DNA of 64,000 nt from contig NC_087437.1 of NCBI RefSeq assembly GCF_036321535.1, positions 94,490,001-94,554,000 of the forward strand. Reading direction: 5' to 3'. A model generated the notes under the pieces. It was not told where the DNA came from, ran no database searches, and saw only the letters and a list, made by a program, of their open reading frames with translations. The DNA is from Camelus dromedarius (Eukaryota). Each line of letters starts with the position of its first letter. Positions within the stretch are counted from its first letter, which is position 1. The position numbers and the translations under genes are program-made. Below are positions 13,647 through 28,544 of this stretch, in pieces.

Positions 13647-14113
13647 ACACAGACACACACAATGAAATACTGCTTATCCATGAAAAGGAGTGAAATAATG
13701 CCATTGGCAACAACATGGATGGAACTAGAGATTATCATACTGAATAGTGAAGTATGTCAGTCAGAGAAAGCAAATATCATATGATATCACTTATATGTGA
13801 TACAAACAAACTTATTTATAAAACAGAAAGAGACTCCAGGGCAAACAAACTTATAGTTACCAAGGGGAAAGGGAAAGGGAGGGGTAAATTGGGAGTTTGG
13901 GATTTTCAGATACAAACTACCATGTACAGAATAGAAAAACAACAAGGACTTACTGTACAGCACAGGGAACTATATTCAATGGCTTGTAGTAACCTGTAAT
14001 AAAAAAGAATATGAAAAAGAATATATACATAAAAAACTGAATCACTATGCTGTATATCCAAAAATAATACATTGTAAGTCAACTATACTTCGATTTTTTT
14101 AAAGATGGGGGGA
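12641..14113 (+). mobile_element. 5'-inverted L1: antisense ORF2 segment 12641-13535 joined to sense ORF2-end/3'UTR 13536-~14100; TSD AAG(A/G)ACCACTGT
   Basis: Strand switch at ..ccattgatc|atggaagcaacc... Duplicated target at 12629-12640 and 14114-14125 (1 mismatch) at a TT/AAGA endonuclease-type site. Confidence 0.85.
13588..13660. repeat. (TA)n(CA)n microsatellite expanded inside L1
   Basis: Seen directly. Confidence 0.9.
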
Positions 14114-17100
14114 AAGGACCACTGTCCTAGCTTATTGAGATCAGCAAGCCCTCTAGAGCAATCTCATGATTAAATTAGCTCATGCTTAATGTTCTGGTTT
14201 TTCAGTTGCTTCTTATTTACAGCTCCTAGAAATTTCCCTTACTTTCTTGTGAGTTCAGTTATGTATGTAACAGGGGGTCTGATAATATTCTATCTAATAT
14301 TTGTAGAGGCAAATTTTTATAGCAAAAGAGTTTTAGGTATTTAATTTTTCTATATCATCAAAACTGGAGTTCTAACTTATTTTTTAATCTGAAATAATGT
14401 GACAAGAAAGTTAACTTTCCCCATGGGTTAATTGATCATGCAAGTAATACTGATATAGTATTTAGATAAGTATGATTAGGTGGAACACCTGTATTCATCT
14501 GTTTCCAATACAACACATGTGATTTTCTATGATGGGGAATAGTTTGTAAGTCAGATAAATTAGCTTCTACATGTTCACTCTGCCTCCCACTAGCTCTGTG
14601 ACTACAATAAAATAAATAGCTTAACTCCTCTATTTTTTAGTTCATTACTATTATTTTATTTCTTGTTTACTACTTGCCTCTTGTCACTTACCTAATTTGA
14701 TTACAGTAAACCCAGACTCGTAGGTATGATAGGTACATATATTGCCAATTTATGAATATTACATTGATAGTATCAATGGAATGCATACTGGTTGTTGATT
14801 TATCTCCCCTAAATGACTATTGTGTCATAATATATAAACCTTCATTTGTTAAAATATTTTAATTCATCCAGTATTTGTTTTTAATTTTTGCTATATGGTT
14901 TTCCTATGTGGTTTTAAATTCAAAAACAGTGCCTACTCTTTCACTCTCATAGAAATTCTGAAACAGATAATTATTTTAAAAAACAGAAAATATTTTAAAA
15001 TGTGAAAAATTCTACATATTTAAGCTAGACATTTTAAGATGTTTAAAGAGAAAGAGATTGGCAAAGGAGGTTGATCAGCAATGATTTAAAGTAATACCAG
15101 TTAAGCTCTGTCTTAAAGCATAACAAAGTTTTGACTAGTAAACATAAGAATGAAAAGGGCATTCTGAGAAGCAGATTTCATGGAGAAATAAAACACCTAA
15201 TCAGATGCCTAAATAAAACAGCTAATCAGATGCCTTCCCTCATTACTGTTGGGCTGTAGAAAATGTGAGTATATTGTTTCAGGTTATCCCATAAATAGAC
15301 CCACCACACTACCATCACTACCAACCCCCTTTGTTCTTGTGGCACCAACCACTGTTAAATGTGCCATACAGGTTTGAAGAAGTGCACCTTCCCTACACCC
15401 ATTCACCCTGAACAAGAGCGAAGGCAGACTGTTTTAGTTATTGCAAACAGTCTCAGGTATTTCAGTAAAGAAAACTTGAAGAATGCAAAACCTAAGAAGG
15501 CAAAGTCCAATGGTATATTCTCTGGAAGTTCAGTTGTGGTTATAACTTGGGAAATTGTAGTGAGCCCAGGTGTTAAGCTTTCTTGACTTTCAATACTGAT
15601 GCTTCCTAGGAGGTGAAAATGCCCAATGGCATAAGTGATAGGGAACTCCACAGTGTGGTTTATCATGGCAGTTCAGTAGAAGACTGTGATTTTTACAGAA
15701 ATAACCACAAAACAAAACAGCATATGGTCTCTGATGGAACAGTGCCAGGAAGTAGCATGGGAACTGGATAAAAATAGAACACTACAGGAAGCTTTCCTTG
15801 AAGTATATGAGTCAGACCTTGAAGGGTGATTAATTGATATCAAAGTTGATCATTGATATCAAAACCGAATTGGGTTATAAATGAAATCAGACAAAAACAA
15901 AAGTCATGTCTTGGAAAGGGAATATAAAGAGAGCCTGAGGTGTTATCAGATAAGAGAAAAGCAGTGAAAGGAAAGAAATGGTTTAAGGTATTGATTCTAA
16001 AAGCAAAAAAAAGTACTTCCAAGTGATAAAGAACCTGGAAGTATTTTTAAACTGGTTACCAACATGCATTAAAAGCCATCATAATGATTTATCAGATTGC
16101 CTCAGACAAATATTCCCATTTAAAAAATATCTCACTTGAGATAAGGTCCAGATTAAATGGTTAAGAATCCTAGGAAATTCAACCCAAAGTATTAATTCAC
16201 TTTTATATGATGAAGTTTTCCTCAAGAGAAGAGATTGTAAATGCTAATATGAGAACCCACTATTATAGCCCTTCACATTGATTACCTTTCTGTTGAGAAG
16301 TTCCAAGCACTTTGGTGATCTTGTCATTGAAACCATCGGCAGGGTTAGGTACCATTGAAAGGAGTTCGCTCTTTCCATAAGAGGAAAAGCTTGGCAAATA
16401 TGTATATATCTGTCATGTGCCTTGTCTGCATTTTCTTCCATTCTCCAGTAAAAGATAATGAGAAAAAAGATTGGAGAGTAAATGAAGAGAAAAATAAAAT
16501 GAAACCATGAAGAATCTGAGAATATTCTAAATTAATAACAGGCCATGTTTTCTCTTTCTTTGAAGTTGTTTCTCATCATAGCCTTCAACCATTCTCAATT
16601 TTGTAAGTTTACAGCTATAAAAATTCTGGCGTGTGCAGGGCTTTTTCAAGTTAACCAGCACTTTATGTTTGAACAATAAGCGTGAGGAGAAGAAAGTTTC
16701 TACTGTTAATGTTGCACTTTTAAAATACAGTTTTACTACTTTCCTTAGATTGAAGATGCCTCTAGTAAAACCAATCACTTTAACAATTCTAAAGAAAACA
16801 ACCAACTTTATGAATAACATAAAATGAAAATGAGTGTGTAATAACTGTAAAGCAAATGCTATGATTACTACATTCAAAAATGGAGACATGCTTCCATATC
16901 AAATACATATTCTGCAGAATATCCTGGTTATTTCTTCACAGGTGCCTCAACCCATCTCTTGATTTTAAAATTAACTTGAAAAAGAGAAAGAGAGAGAGAG
17001 AGAACCAGTGAGCAAGAGAAAGTAGGCTAAATTCATAGTATTGTTCCTGAGATGGCAATGCTATTAAAACTGCTGGCTCAATACCCATTCTTTTTACACT

Positions 17101-19919
17101 TCTTAGTTCTCTTTTTCTCTTTGGGTGATGGAGCAAAGAGAACTTTAATATGCACATACTTAAAAGAAGAAAACTCAATTTTACCTCTTAAAATCTACTG
17201 ATGCATATGCTTCCTAAATATTAAGGATTCAAATCATTAAAAACCTCTGGAAGGATGAGTTTTAACAATCCTATAAAAATGCATTACTGTAACAATTTAG
17301 GAGAAATTAGGAATGCTCTCAAATAGCCATGCTGTAATAATGAGAAGAGTACTAGCTAGTGGTCCCATCCTAATACTCCAGGTCCCTTTTCTTTCCTGAA
17401 AAGTTTACGTTTACTTTATTGATAAATATTCAGTGATGGCTGAGGCTGCAGAGAAGACACACCACCACCAGTCGGTTCATTTTTCTATAGTTAATAAAAT
17501 GATTTTCATAAAATAAAACTACAGTATATTTTTAGGGAGCTGCTTGCTACATCACCTTTAAGTGGTAGTCTACTAAGTAAATACCAAACACTTCTGGGGG
17601 AGTATGAATTAAGGTAGAGAAGATTCTTGCAATTTGCTTATGAATTTTTTTTTGCAGCCTGTTTGATTTCGTGCGAAGTGCTACTGGTTTATGCCTTTCT
17701 GGAAAATATTCTTTCTTCTCACAATATACTTAATTACGTACTATGAAAACTGTACTTACCTCAAAACAGATGTATAGTACAGAGTCCTTCTGAAAAGAAA
17801 GGTTTTTTTTTTTCCTTATCACTTTAGTGAAAAAAATTAGAAATTAATGTATCAAGAAACATTTAGAAAATGCATTCCTCATATGGAAATAAAGGGCACT
17901 GTCTGGATAAAAGCTTTTAATTTAGCTGCGCTATTTCTATGCTATGAAATACTTCAAGAATATCATTTGATTGTGTATTCTAGGATGTTAAAACCTATAA
18001 CGGCTACCTATAGAGTTATTAATGCAATCTGAAACTAAGATTATAATTTTCAGATAAAATCTGAATTTATATAGAAACTCTCTTCTGGAAACTATTGATT
18101 TGATGCCAGTGGATATTATTAGTGGATATTATTTATATTTTTTTTCCTGTTCATAACACTATATCTTCTTCCAATTAATATTACCATTTAAAAGAAAATT
18201 AAATTTAACAAAGATAAACTTACAACCTGTGTTACAATGGTGGTTTTAGATATTCTGAAAGCAAGGATTTTTTTCTCTTGAACCTCAAGGATCTTAGGCA
18301 CACAGTTCTCTCCGTAATGCCAGTATTGAGTTACATGGGACCAGACTGGATGGAAGATTGGCAAAGAACCGGGAAGCACCTTTTACTCCCACACTTAGTG
18401 AGTGAGTGGTCCAGCCTGGTGAGGAAGGCGGGAAGAGTATTTTATTAGCATCAGTCAAGCTCAAAAATCAAAAACACTTTTCCTCTTTTTCCTTCTCTCA
18501 AGGAGTCCTTAGTTCTTTCCTTTTACTCTTTCTGGGAAAAATAATGAAATTTATCTCCTTATACAGAAATTAGTCTGCTTGCCAGTCTCCTCAAAAATCA
18601 GACCACGGTATAATTAAGAAGATACGTATGGTTGTATCTTGGCAAGTTAGAAACTGAGATTCACGCTAAATAATTCAGAATTACCGTAGGGAAAATCAGA
18701 CTACTTTTTCTCTGCTGTTGCAAATATAATGTGGCAAATGGAGCTTCTTTGCTACTGGGTCTTCTGCAGTACAAAATATGGCTGTTTTTCATTTGAATGG
18801 TGTTAAATATCACTAATACTCTTGTTACATGGTGTATGCTGATTTCAGTGACTGCCCTTCCAGTGTTTTAATTTTATTTTCCCAATTAAAGTAGCCTGAG
18901 TGTATTGAGCTTTCTGACATTTTATGTTAAAATTAGAGAATATCGTATCTATTTGCATCTGATCCTGTTTAATGGTTATTTCCCTCCTTTTTCACTTTTG
19001 TTGTCACAATAAAATAATTCAGAGAAAAATCAACATTTTTCTCATCCTAGTGATACATATCAAAGGAAAAAGATTAAAATATACTCAAGTCAAAAATCTG
19101 TTTTAGAAAGAAGACTGGAGGACTACTATACTATTTATGGAATAAACAGAGTGCTTGATAGTGCTTTTTATTGCCTCATTTAGAGTAGCTGGTATAACTC
19201 ACAGCCCTAACACCTCTGGGAAATGGAGTCATTCGAAAGTCATGCTCTAGTAATAAAGCATCGTATTATGTGTTAAACCATCGCATGATCACAGTCCAGT
19301 CCCCTTTATATAGATCTCTTACAGTATAAAACAGCAAGCATAACTAAAGGTGTTTGAAAATGAGATTGTACATTTGCTGTAAAATTGAAAATGCAGATGA
19401 GACTAAATCACCATACAGTATCCCCTACTTTTGCTTTATTCATCATATAGTTTTAAACTTTTTATAGCATTGCATATTAAAAGTTGGAAGCATTCTCAGA
19501 GGCCATTTTTTCTAGTATAAAACTACAAAAAAATTGAAACATAAGTTTTTCTTCTGAAAAGTGCCCTCGGGGGCTTGGGGTTTGTGAAGGAAGGCCACAT
19601 TTTAAGATTTGTTTTTTGCTATACATAAAATGAAGGCGTAACATGTTAGGAAGTGGGAAACACACTTAAACATTTGGAATATAAATGTTTTAAGATCATA
19701 TGTGCTTCTTTCCCCAAATTTTACTAACATTTTGTCAGTATGCAATATTTTGAAAAGTATTTTTTAATCTGTAGAAATAAGTTACTAAATATCACCGACT
19801 CTTACTGTGATCTTTTAGATCACCTCATAAATAAGTATCTACATTTGCAAGATTGCTGTACAAAATGTGAAAAATTTCCGCTTCATATTAGTTACTTGCT
19901 CTATGTCAGGATATCAGGA

Positions 19920-20062
19920 ATGTCCAGTAGAACTTTCCATGATAATCGAAATAGTTACTGTGTTGTCCAGTACCACAGCCTCTAGCCACGTGTGACTACT
20001 GAGCTCTTGAAATTACTGTGATTGGGCCCCTAATTTTATTTAATTTTAATTTTAATGGTCGC
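19920..20062. mobile_element. MER3-like hAT-Charlie fragment (truncated)
   Basis: tgtccagtagaactttccatgataat..ctgtgttgtccagtac..ctagccacgtgtgactactgagc..taattttatttaattttaat. Confidence 0.65.
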
Positions 20063-21849
20063 AAACCCATGGCGTTTCATGGGTTTAGCTTTTATTGGGT
20101 TCAACAAAGCTGCCCCTCTTTTTCTTAGCTCTCAAATTTTTTCATTTTTTTTTTTTAGATATAATATTTGGTATCTGATAAAGATGAGGGATTAAAATAA
20201 AATATTCTGCCTTCAAACTTTGGATTTTTATTATATCACTAACATGTTTCAGCCAACCCTGTAAATCCTAGTCATGCAAAAGTTATTTCAGTAACATCCT
20301 TGCTGTCCCCTCAAATCCTCCTTTGAAACCCATGATAGTGTCTGCAATCCTCACGGCAGAAGCAAACCATTTGTTGTTGCCTGTGTTATCCAGCGAGCTT
20401 TCAGTTCTTCTCGAATAAGGCTTTCATAGGGTAAGGATTAAACGTGTATGTGAAGGGAGTCTTGTTCTGCTGATGTCTTGAACCAAGAACACCTCACTAA
20501 CAATGCAGTAAGAAAAAAGGAGGGGACTGTCTTAGGAACTTCAAAAGAATCCCTTTCTGACAGGATATTGTGATGGGTAGAGTGACTGCTTTGGGGATTG
20601 GCTAAGAAAAGAGGAGAAGAAAACCTGTAGCAAGTCAATGCATTCAGGAACTTTGAGAAGAACACCTAATAAGTGTCTTGTAAAAATTCATAGAAACACA
20701 TCTTTTCCCCCAGATTCAACATAAATTCAAGATTTTGCCCCAGTTTTTGATTGTTGTTTCTCTAGTGCATATACACTTATGAATAAATTCAAGTGTGGAA
20801 CTTCTGTATTTAATGAAAAGATGAACTAGACAGACAGTCCCAACAGGACTTTTTGTTGATATCACGATTTCTGTATTTCAAAGGACGTCAAAGTACACAT
20901 GGAAATTTTTCTCTAGTGAAATTCTTCTTCAATTCTTTTTAAAACATACACATTATATTATATTATAATGTAAAATCTGTTTTAAAGGATTCCAGATTTA
21001 AACGAAATAAGATTTCAACCAGGTAAATAATTAAACTGATGGCAGTTGAGACTACTAACATAATGGACATAAGAGAAGTGGCAGAAGTAAGTGAAAGAAA
21101 AATCTGTGGAAAAAAAATCAATTAAGATATGTGGGTGTATATCCATCAATATTTGTTTACTCCTAACTCTCCTTAGTTACAGGAAACTATGATTAGAAGA
21201 GACGAGGGTCTAACTAAAAGAGTAAGTGCCATAGTGAAAAATCTCAAATGTCCCACCTCCATGTCTGCCCTCCACACTCCTCCACTCCTTCTCTGCACAT
21301 CTCACATCTAGTTTGTTGTGACTGTGTACACGTTGAGTTTAACCACTTTTATTAACAATGAACACATTTCTTAACAATCAAAGTTAAAATAACCCTGTAC
21401 CATATTCAGAAGGAAAATCATTCCCACAGTGTTGAAACAAAAATAAATTTCAAAGAATATTTTTTTCAGGATCAATATTTGCTTTAAGTACTCTAAGAAG
21501 ATGATACTCAGTAATCCATATTCCATATTTGACTTCAAAACTTACTATCTAAGAATAAAGGCTGTAACTCACTTATTTTCCTGATAAGAAAGAGGACATA
21601 TCAACTACATTTACTAGCAATGATGGGATACCTATTGGCTGTTGAGAGCAGGAAAATTAGGGTTCTGTTTATACTATTTTACATAACATATTGGAAATAA
21701 AAAAAAATGATTTTTTTTTCAACTCAGTAGAATCAATATCCTGTTTGAATTTGCTATTTGGATAGCTGCTGTAAGCATCATGCATGTAGCTACAGAGAGT
21801 AACCTAAAGGCTAAGCCCCAATTTACTACGGAAAAGGGGACTGTAAAAT

Positions 21850-22075
21850 ATGTCAGTTAAATGTAGTTGTGAAAACGTGGCCAGCTGTGTTTGAGTCCAC
21901 ACTCAACCATCTGCATCTAAAAGTCGAGACAGTTGAAGGAGACCATGCAGGAAGTCTGACACTTTGAATTATTCTCCAGGAACCCATCTGTTATATCACA
22001 GTGTTGCCATGAGGATTAAAGGGATGGGCGTGAAGGGTGCACGGGAGCAGCTGACACAGATTCAGTGCTGTACAG
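21850..22075 (+). mobile_element. Degenerate MIR SINE fragment(s)
   Basis: tgtgtttgagtccacactcaacca; cacagtgttgccatgaggattaaa...cacagattcagtgct resemble the MIR core and 3' end. Confidence 0.4.
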
Positions 22076-23659
22076 AATTACCTGCGACTTGTCCCCGAAC
22101 TCTGCTAGGAGGCCTTATACACGTGGTCCCTCTCTTCATGTTCTCCTTCTCCTATCAGATGGGAAGGCATGATTAAATTATAGTTGCATTTTGAATATTG
22201 AAGGCACAAAATGAACACTCTTTTTCAGTCCAGTAGACAAAGTAATACACAGGAAATTAAGTGACTTCTGCCCTTTTTCAACTAGTTTATAATTGGAAAT
22301 TAATTTATGATGATGTATTTTAATGGATTAGATACAAATTATGCTGTGTCTTTTTATATCTTTCATGTTAGGCCAAAATGAAAATGTACCTAAGTAGAGT
22401 TGATATTTTATAAAAATAAATACAAGATATAAATAATGAAAAGATTCTCAAAGGAAGTTATTAACTCTAACCCTTTCTTCTCCAGATTATAGAAAATTTA
22501 ACTTGATTTTCAAAGAAAGAATCTTAAAGGAATGAGATATTTTATCTTGGGGAACTGAATTAGGAATGTTGAATGTTGACGGAATTATAAAGTGTAACCC
22601 ATTTTCGTTTCTTATGTCACCACCTTCTGATGCAGAAATTCAACCCTGAAGAGTCCCAGAAATCCTGGGAGTTCAGAGGGTGCCTCATCACAGCCAGGCA
22701 GCTCCCTGACCCTCGTCTTTCTCTTCCACTTGTTCCCCAGCTGCTGGATAGAACTTTGACCACGAGGAACCAAAACAAACTCCCTTACTGAGCACTGTTG
22801 CCACTTTTCTTGCCCCTTCTTGTGTGCGTATTCTGAACCTTTGCATGTCAGGGTTATGCAATGTTTCTTGGCAGAGTGAGACAGAAATTTGCAGAAAGCA
22901 ATCTGTTGGAGTAAATCACAGAGTGTTCACAATTGTTAGCAATTCTTAAAGCCATCTAGCTCCACCATCCTAAACTCTCAAGGTCTGAGACAGAGCTCAG
23001 TTAATATTCCAAATCTTTATTCAGACTTACTTCTTCCTACTAGTGACTAGCTGTGTACCGAGTCAAGCTTGTCACACCTGAGATCTGAATGAGTTCCCAA
23101 CAAGGAAGCTTCTGAGTCCAGTGGGCTTTGTCCTTCAGGGAGGTCAGCCCTGCCCAGACATGTCTGGACCACAGAGATGGACATGGCTTCAGTGGCTGAA
23201 GCTGGAGCTTTTACCAAACAAGAAAGATTATTTTGTTCAATTAGAGATCTGTTAGTAACAACTTTGAGAATTGAGAGATGGGTATCTGAGGTCGTTTTTC
23301 TTTTTGCTTTTTAAAAGAACTATTCAAGTACTAATATAAAAGATTGAATCCACAGTAACAAGATACCAAGCCCTTCACTATTAAAAATTAAGGATTAGTT
23401 AGTGGGTCAGAATTATGCTGAATATAGAGTTTGCTCTGGATGTCACTATATGTGGAAACTAAAGGTTTTTTACTACTTGGAAAGAAAAACTGGGAGTAGC
23501 AGTAGTTAACATTAGATTTTAATTCCAGTAAGTTAGACCTCTATTCTAGTAATTCTGAAATAAGAACAAATATGTATGCATAGAAATCAGACTGTTTTGT
23601 ATGGCATTTCCTACTACCTTATTTGAAATTTTAGTCATTCCAATGTATGTATAATAGTA

Positions 23660-25600
23660 TAACATTGTGTTTTATTCTGTTTCTTTTATGACTCAGTGTT
23701 GAACTTTTTTTAATCTGACTTTTGGTCATCTGGGTCTCTTCTTCGTTAACGCGTCTGTTCAAAATGTTTCCTTATTTTTTATTGGGTTTTTGTTTCATTT
23801 CTTATTGACTTAGAAGAGTTCTTTATGCATTCAGGGTTCAAGTCCTTCCTCAGAAATCTATTTTTCAAATATTTTCTCCTCATCGCTAGTTTGACTTTTC
23901 ATTTTCTCAGTGATGTCTTTTGAAGAGCAAAAGATTTTAATTTTGAAGGAGTCCATTTTTTTTTCTTTTCTAATTAGTGCTTTTGTGTCTTGTCAAAATA
24001 TTTGCTTAACTTATGGTCACAAATGTATTCTTTAATTTTTCTGGTAGTATATACAGAGTTTTAGTTTTTATATTTACTTTTATGATCCATTTGGGGTTAA
24101 TTTTTATATAGTAACAGTCAAGATACCTTTTTATGCAAATACCGCCTATTTCTCACTGAATTACCTTGGTCTGACTATATGAGTGTATATATGTATGGTC
24201 TGCTTCTGGATTCTGTGTTATATTTCTTTGATCTACATGTTAATCCTTATGTCATTACAAAACTGTATTAGTTTTTGAGTCTTAAAATTAGCTTATTTGA
24301 GTCTTCCAATTTTGTTCTTATTTAGATCCATATTGGTTAATTTAGTTAATCAGCTTTAGTTTTCAATGTGAATTTTTCAAATCAGCATCTTTGTTTCTAT
24401 TAAAAAATCAGTGATTGTCATTGGGATTACATTGAAATTATAGACCCGTTTGAGAAAAATTGACATTATAGTAACATGGAGTTTTCCAGCTCATGGAACT
24501 GGTATATTTCTCCATCAACATTTTAAAGTTTTCAGCATACAAACCTTGCACGTATTTTGCTAAATGTATCTTTAAGTATTTTATGATTTTCCATGCTTTA
24601 ATATAATATAGTTTTTTATTATTTCAATTTCCAGTTGTTTATTACAAGACTATATAAATACAACTGATTTTTATGTTTTAACCTTTTATCGTGAGGCATT
24701 GCTAAATCCATTTATTATCTTAATGCTTTAAATTTCATGCTAAGCACTACTTACGTGCATTCCATGACTTTTTGTGTTATATTTTCTGTTCTATTTAATT
24801 CAAAATAATTTATATTCCTTTTTACTTCCCTTTTGGATACACAGGTTATTTATAAACGTAATATTTAATTACCAAATGTTTGGGGATTTCCATGCTTCTT
24901 TCTGTTAGCATTTTCTATTTAAACTTCATTTTCTTTAAGGGAAAAAACTTTGTATGATTTTCATTCTTTTCAATTTGAGTTTGTTTTCTGGCCCAGGATG
25001 AGATATATCTTGGTCTATGTTCCATGTCTAGTTGACAAGAGTGTGTATTCTGCTGTTTGGTGGAGTGCTCTGTAAATATCAGTTAGCTCAGGTTGGTTGA
25101 TAATGTAGTTCAGGTGTTCTGTATCCTTAATGATATTTCTTTTTCTATGTGTTATTGAGAGAGGACTCTCCAACTATTATTGTGGTTTTATCTATTTCTC
25201 CTTTCATTTCATTTTTTCCTTCATGCATTTTGAAACTCTGTCATTCTGTGTGTATGCATTTAGGATTTTTACCATCATAATGAATTGAGCCATTTATCAT
25301 TATTTTTATTTTTATGTGTGGCAATAGTAGTTCTGAACTTGAATATATCTGATATGAATATAGCCACTCCACATTTCACTGTTTTAATTTTTGCAAGATG
25401 TGTCTTCTTGTAACATTTTACTTTTATTCTATGTATATTATTATGTTTATTATGTGTTTCTCATAGACATATCATCTAATTGGTTTTTGCTTTTTTTAAA
25501 TCCAGTCTGACCACATCTGTCTTTTAACTGATTTGTTTATACCATTTACACTTAATTATATATTTTAACTTAAACTTACCATCTTGCTAGCTATTTTACT
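23660..25600 (-). mobile_element. Old L1 (L1M-type) ORF2 fragments, fragmented
   Basis: T-rich antisense L1 motifs (tgtcttttgaagagcaaaagattttaattttga; gggattacattgaaattatagac; gtgtgtattctgctgtttggtggagtgctctgtaaatatc). Confidence 0.75.
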
Positions 25601-28544
25601 TAATATTATATTTATTTACACGCATGATGTTGATATTAAAAACTCCTTTAGCCCGAATATGTCATGCTTTTAAGAATTAGAGAATGTCATCTCTATCATT
25701 CTTTGTTAATTAGTTATTATAATCTATTTTCAAGTCACCTTATTTGTAACATGTCTATTATAAATGACAGAATATTTAATTAGTCTTTTAAGTAACAATC
25801 ATATTTTTAATTAATGTGAAGAATACATTAATATCTCTTTGTTTTTCAATATTTATGAACTCCTTTTGGGGGTTATTTTCAAATTTGCAAAAATGGATAA
25901 TCCATTACCAAATCTATATATACCTCTTGTTCTGATAAATTCACTCCACACACTATTTCAGTTTACCAAAATATACATGTACCACCGAAATGAAAACTAG
26001 CCAGATACTCTTATCGTAGTCCCTTTGTTCAGGGTTTAGTGAAAATAGAACATTTCTCATGGGGCATCAGAGAATACTTGTTTTGAGAACACAGTTTCCC
26101 ATACTTTTTTGTTCCATGGCAATATAAATGGATTTATGAATTTTCTGTTTTTACCCAAATTCTGAAATCAAAATAATTATGATTTTTCTTATTTAATCTA
26201 TTTAACTTTTCCATGTCCTCAATTTATTATATAATTCAGAATTGAACCTGTTTTAAAAAGCCAATGGGAAACTATGGCAGTTTATGGGCAAAAACTCTTC
26301 CCTATATTTTTATTATACTTAGTTTATTCATTTTAGATATTTACTTCCACTGATTTTTCAAAACCACTTATTTGACACCATTTGTATTCTAGGCTGATTT
26401 TCTGTTCTTCTCTACAGAAAATCCTACTTAATCTGATGTTTTAAAATTAATTTGTTTCCCAACTCATGAATTTTCATACATTTGGCTCTATTGATTTTCT
26501 TTCTCTTAATTATGCCTCCCATTTCAAATGCTTGTTTAAAACGTTTTTCACATTAGTGAAATATTCTTAAGTCACTCTCATGTTATCAGAGAGATTAGTG
26601 AGCATCCAATACCTGTCACTAATAAAATTTCTTCTTACGTTAGGCTAAGATTCAGTCCTTTTGTGTGACAGCCTTTTCTACATTCTTCCTATATAAAATG
26701 ATAGTGAGCATTAATAACTATACTGAGCGGGCAATTACTGTCTACTTGATGATAATTGATTCCAAGAGGTGTTTAAAGCTTTATTCTGAAGTTCCTATAC
26801 TTTTACTTGTAATTAAATCCCATATTTTGAGGAAGGAAAAACATTTTGGTTGAGCTCTTATGTCTAGAAGGAAACACTAGATATTGCAAATCAGATTTGG
26901 ATGCCGCATGCATATACGTCCACACAGACAAATGCTCTTTGCATATATTAGAACAATAATTCTGCATTTGAATTTTAAATCTCATTGGGGTTATGGAAAG
27001 ATTCTACAACAGTTGAGATCAGGAGGACTGACTGTCGGTTGGTTTGCAAACAGCACAGTGAACAAATGCTGCATTCTTGTCTCCTACTTATCATTATTTT
27101 TCCCTCTACATTCCTTCTTCCCAGGATTTTTATTGGATCCCATTTTGGAAATACAGGGGCTTTCTGATATAAAAAGTTGTGGGAATTCTGAAGCAGTGTA
27201 TCAGGGTTACATCTGATAAAATTTTAATTATGGTATAATACAAGTGATAAAGTTTACTAAGCAGTATGAAGCAAGTATAAACTAAAATACTAGAAGAAGA
27301 AAGTGTATCTGCTACTTCGCAATGCCTGGATACTATAAACTGGTTTTTAAATTACTCTTCATCTGCTTTATGAAATAAACAAAACGTGTGTGGTGACCTG
27401 TAAGGGAAATCTGGGATAATTTCCTTTGTCACCTTTAACACAAGTCACATTCTAGAAAAGAGAGGTTCTTCTCCTTTGAGATATTGTACCTAATATTAAC
27501 CCCAAAACAACTGCTGTGCATTGTGAATGAGAATATAAAATTTTGGTAAAGTCAGCAGGCAATGCACATGTTAACATTAGCAAATAGAAGTGTTAAAGCT
27601 GAGTTTACCCTTCAAATCAAGGAGTGCAGCTAAATAAGGAAAATTGTGTTCATTTTCCTACATATACTTGCTTGTCTTTCATTCTGTCTCCACATCTCTT
27701 TATGTTCTGTCTACATTTTTATTTCAGTGTTTCTCGAGTTAAGGCAATGTATTTATTCTATGTTATAATACTTTATGTATTATGTTATAATACAGCAACT
27801 AATTAATAGTGTGATTTTACGTTGATTATTACTTAAATTAAATATCCATATTCTGCATAATATGAAAAACCAACCTTAGAAGTATGTAGTTCCACATCAC
27901 TTCCATGTTTCAGTTTTGATCCTCTCAGTAACTAGCAGTACCACTTTAACAGTTAAGCAATGAAAAAGCCGCAGAAGCAGATTTGATATAGAACTTATGA
28001 GTGAAGCAATGAGCTCTACAGTGTTTGTCAAAGATAATACTCATAAGAGAATTGCGGTCACAATTTATGTGGTATAATATCCATGAAAGCTGAAAAACAT
28101 TGCTTCACTGTCATCAGAATCATGTTCAAATTACAAAAACATTTTCACTACAGAAAAATTTAAAAAGTATAACAAGTAAAGGGGTATGCCTTCTTTATCA
28201 ACAGTAAGAATCTGAAGGCTTACCCATAGAGTCGGAGTGTCTGTGTTAACTGGAAACTGCCCTGGCTTCGTAAAGCCCTTTGGAACTCAAGGGTAAACTT
28301 TTATCCGTGTTTGAATGTGACGTTTGTTTTCTAAGCAATTCAGTGTTGTCCAAATTCTACAAATTTTCAGTCAATCCAAATGTCTCCATTATAAGAAGAA
28401 AAACATACACAATTCTTTTAAATATTGATCATCTGGAGTTTCATAATGACCTCAGTTAGGTCATCACAATTACATAGGTTAGTTTAATACATTATTAAAA
28501 TAACCTAATTCATACTTTAGTCCATTAAATAATTAACAAATTAA

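Noticed and set aside
15197..15234. Direct repeat ctaatcagatgcct x2 (also agtggatattatt x2 at ~18108-18133)
   Set aside because: Ordinary short slippage duplications with no further structure.
22643..22681. Imperfect hairpin starting with CTGAAGA (hammerhead-like)
   Set aside because: The stem is followed by GTTC rather than GAAA; consistent with a chance hairpin.
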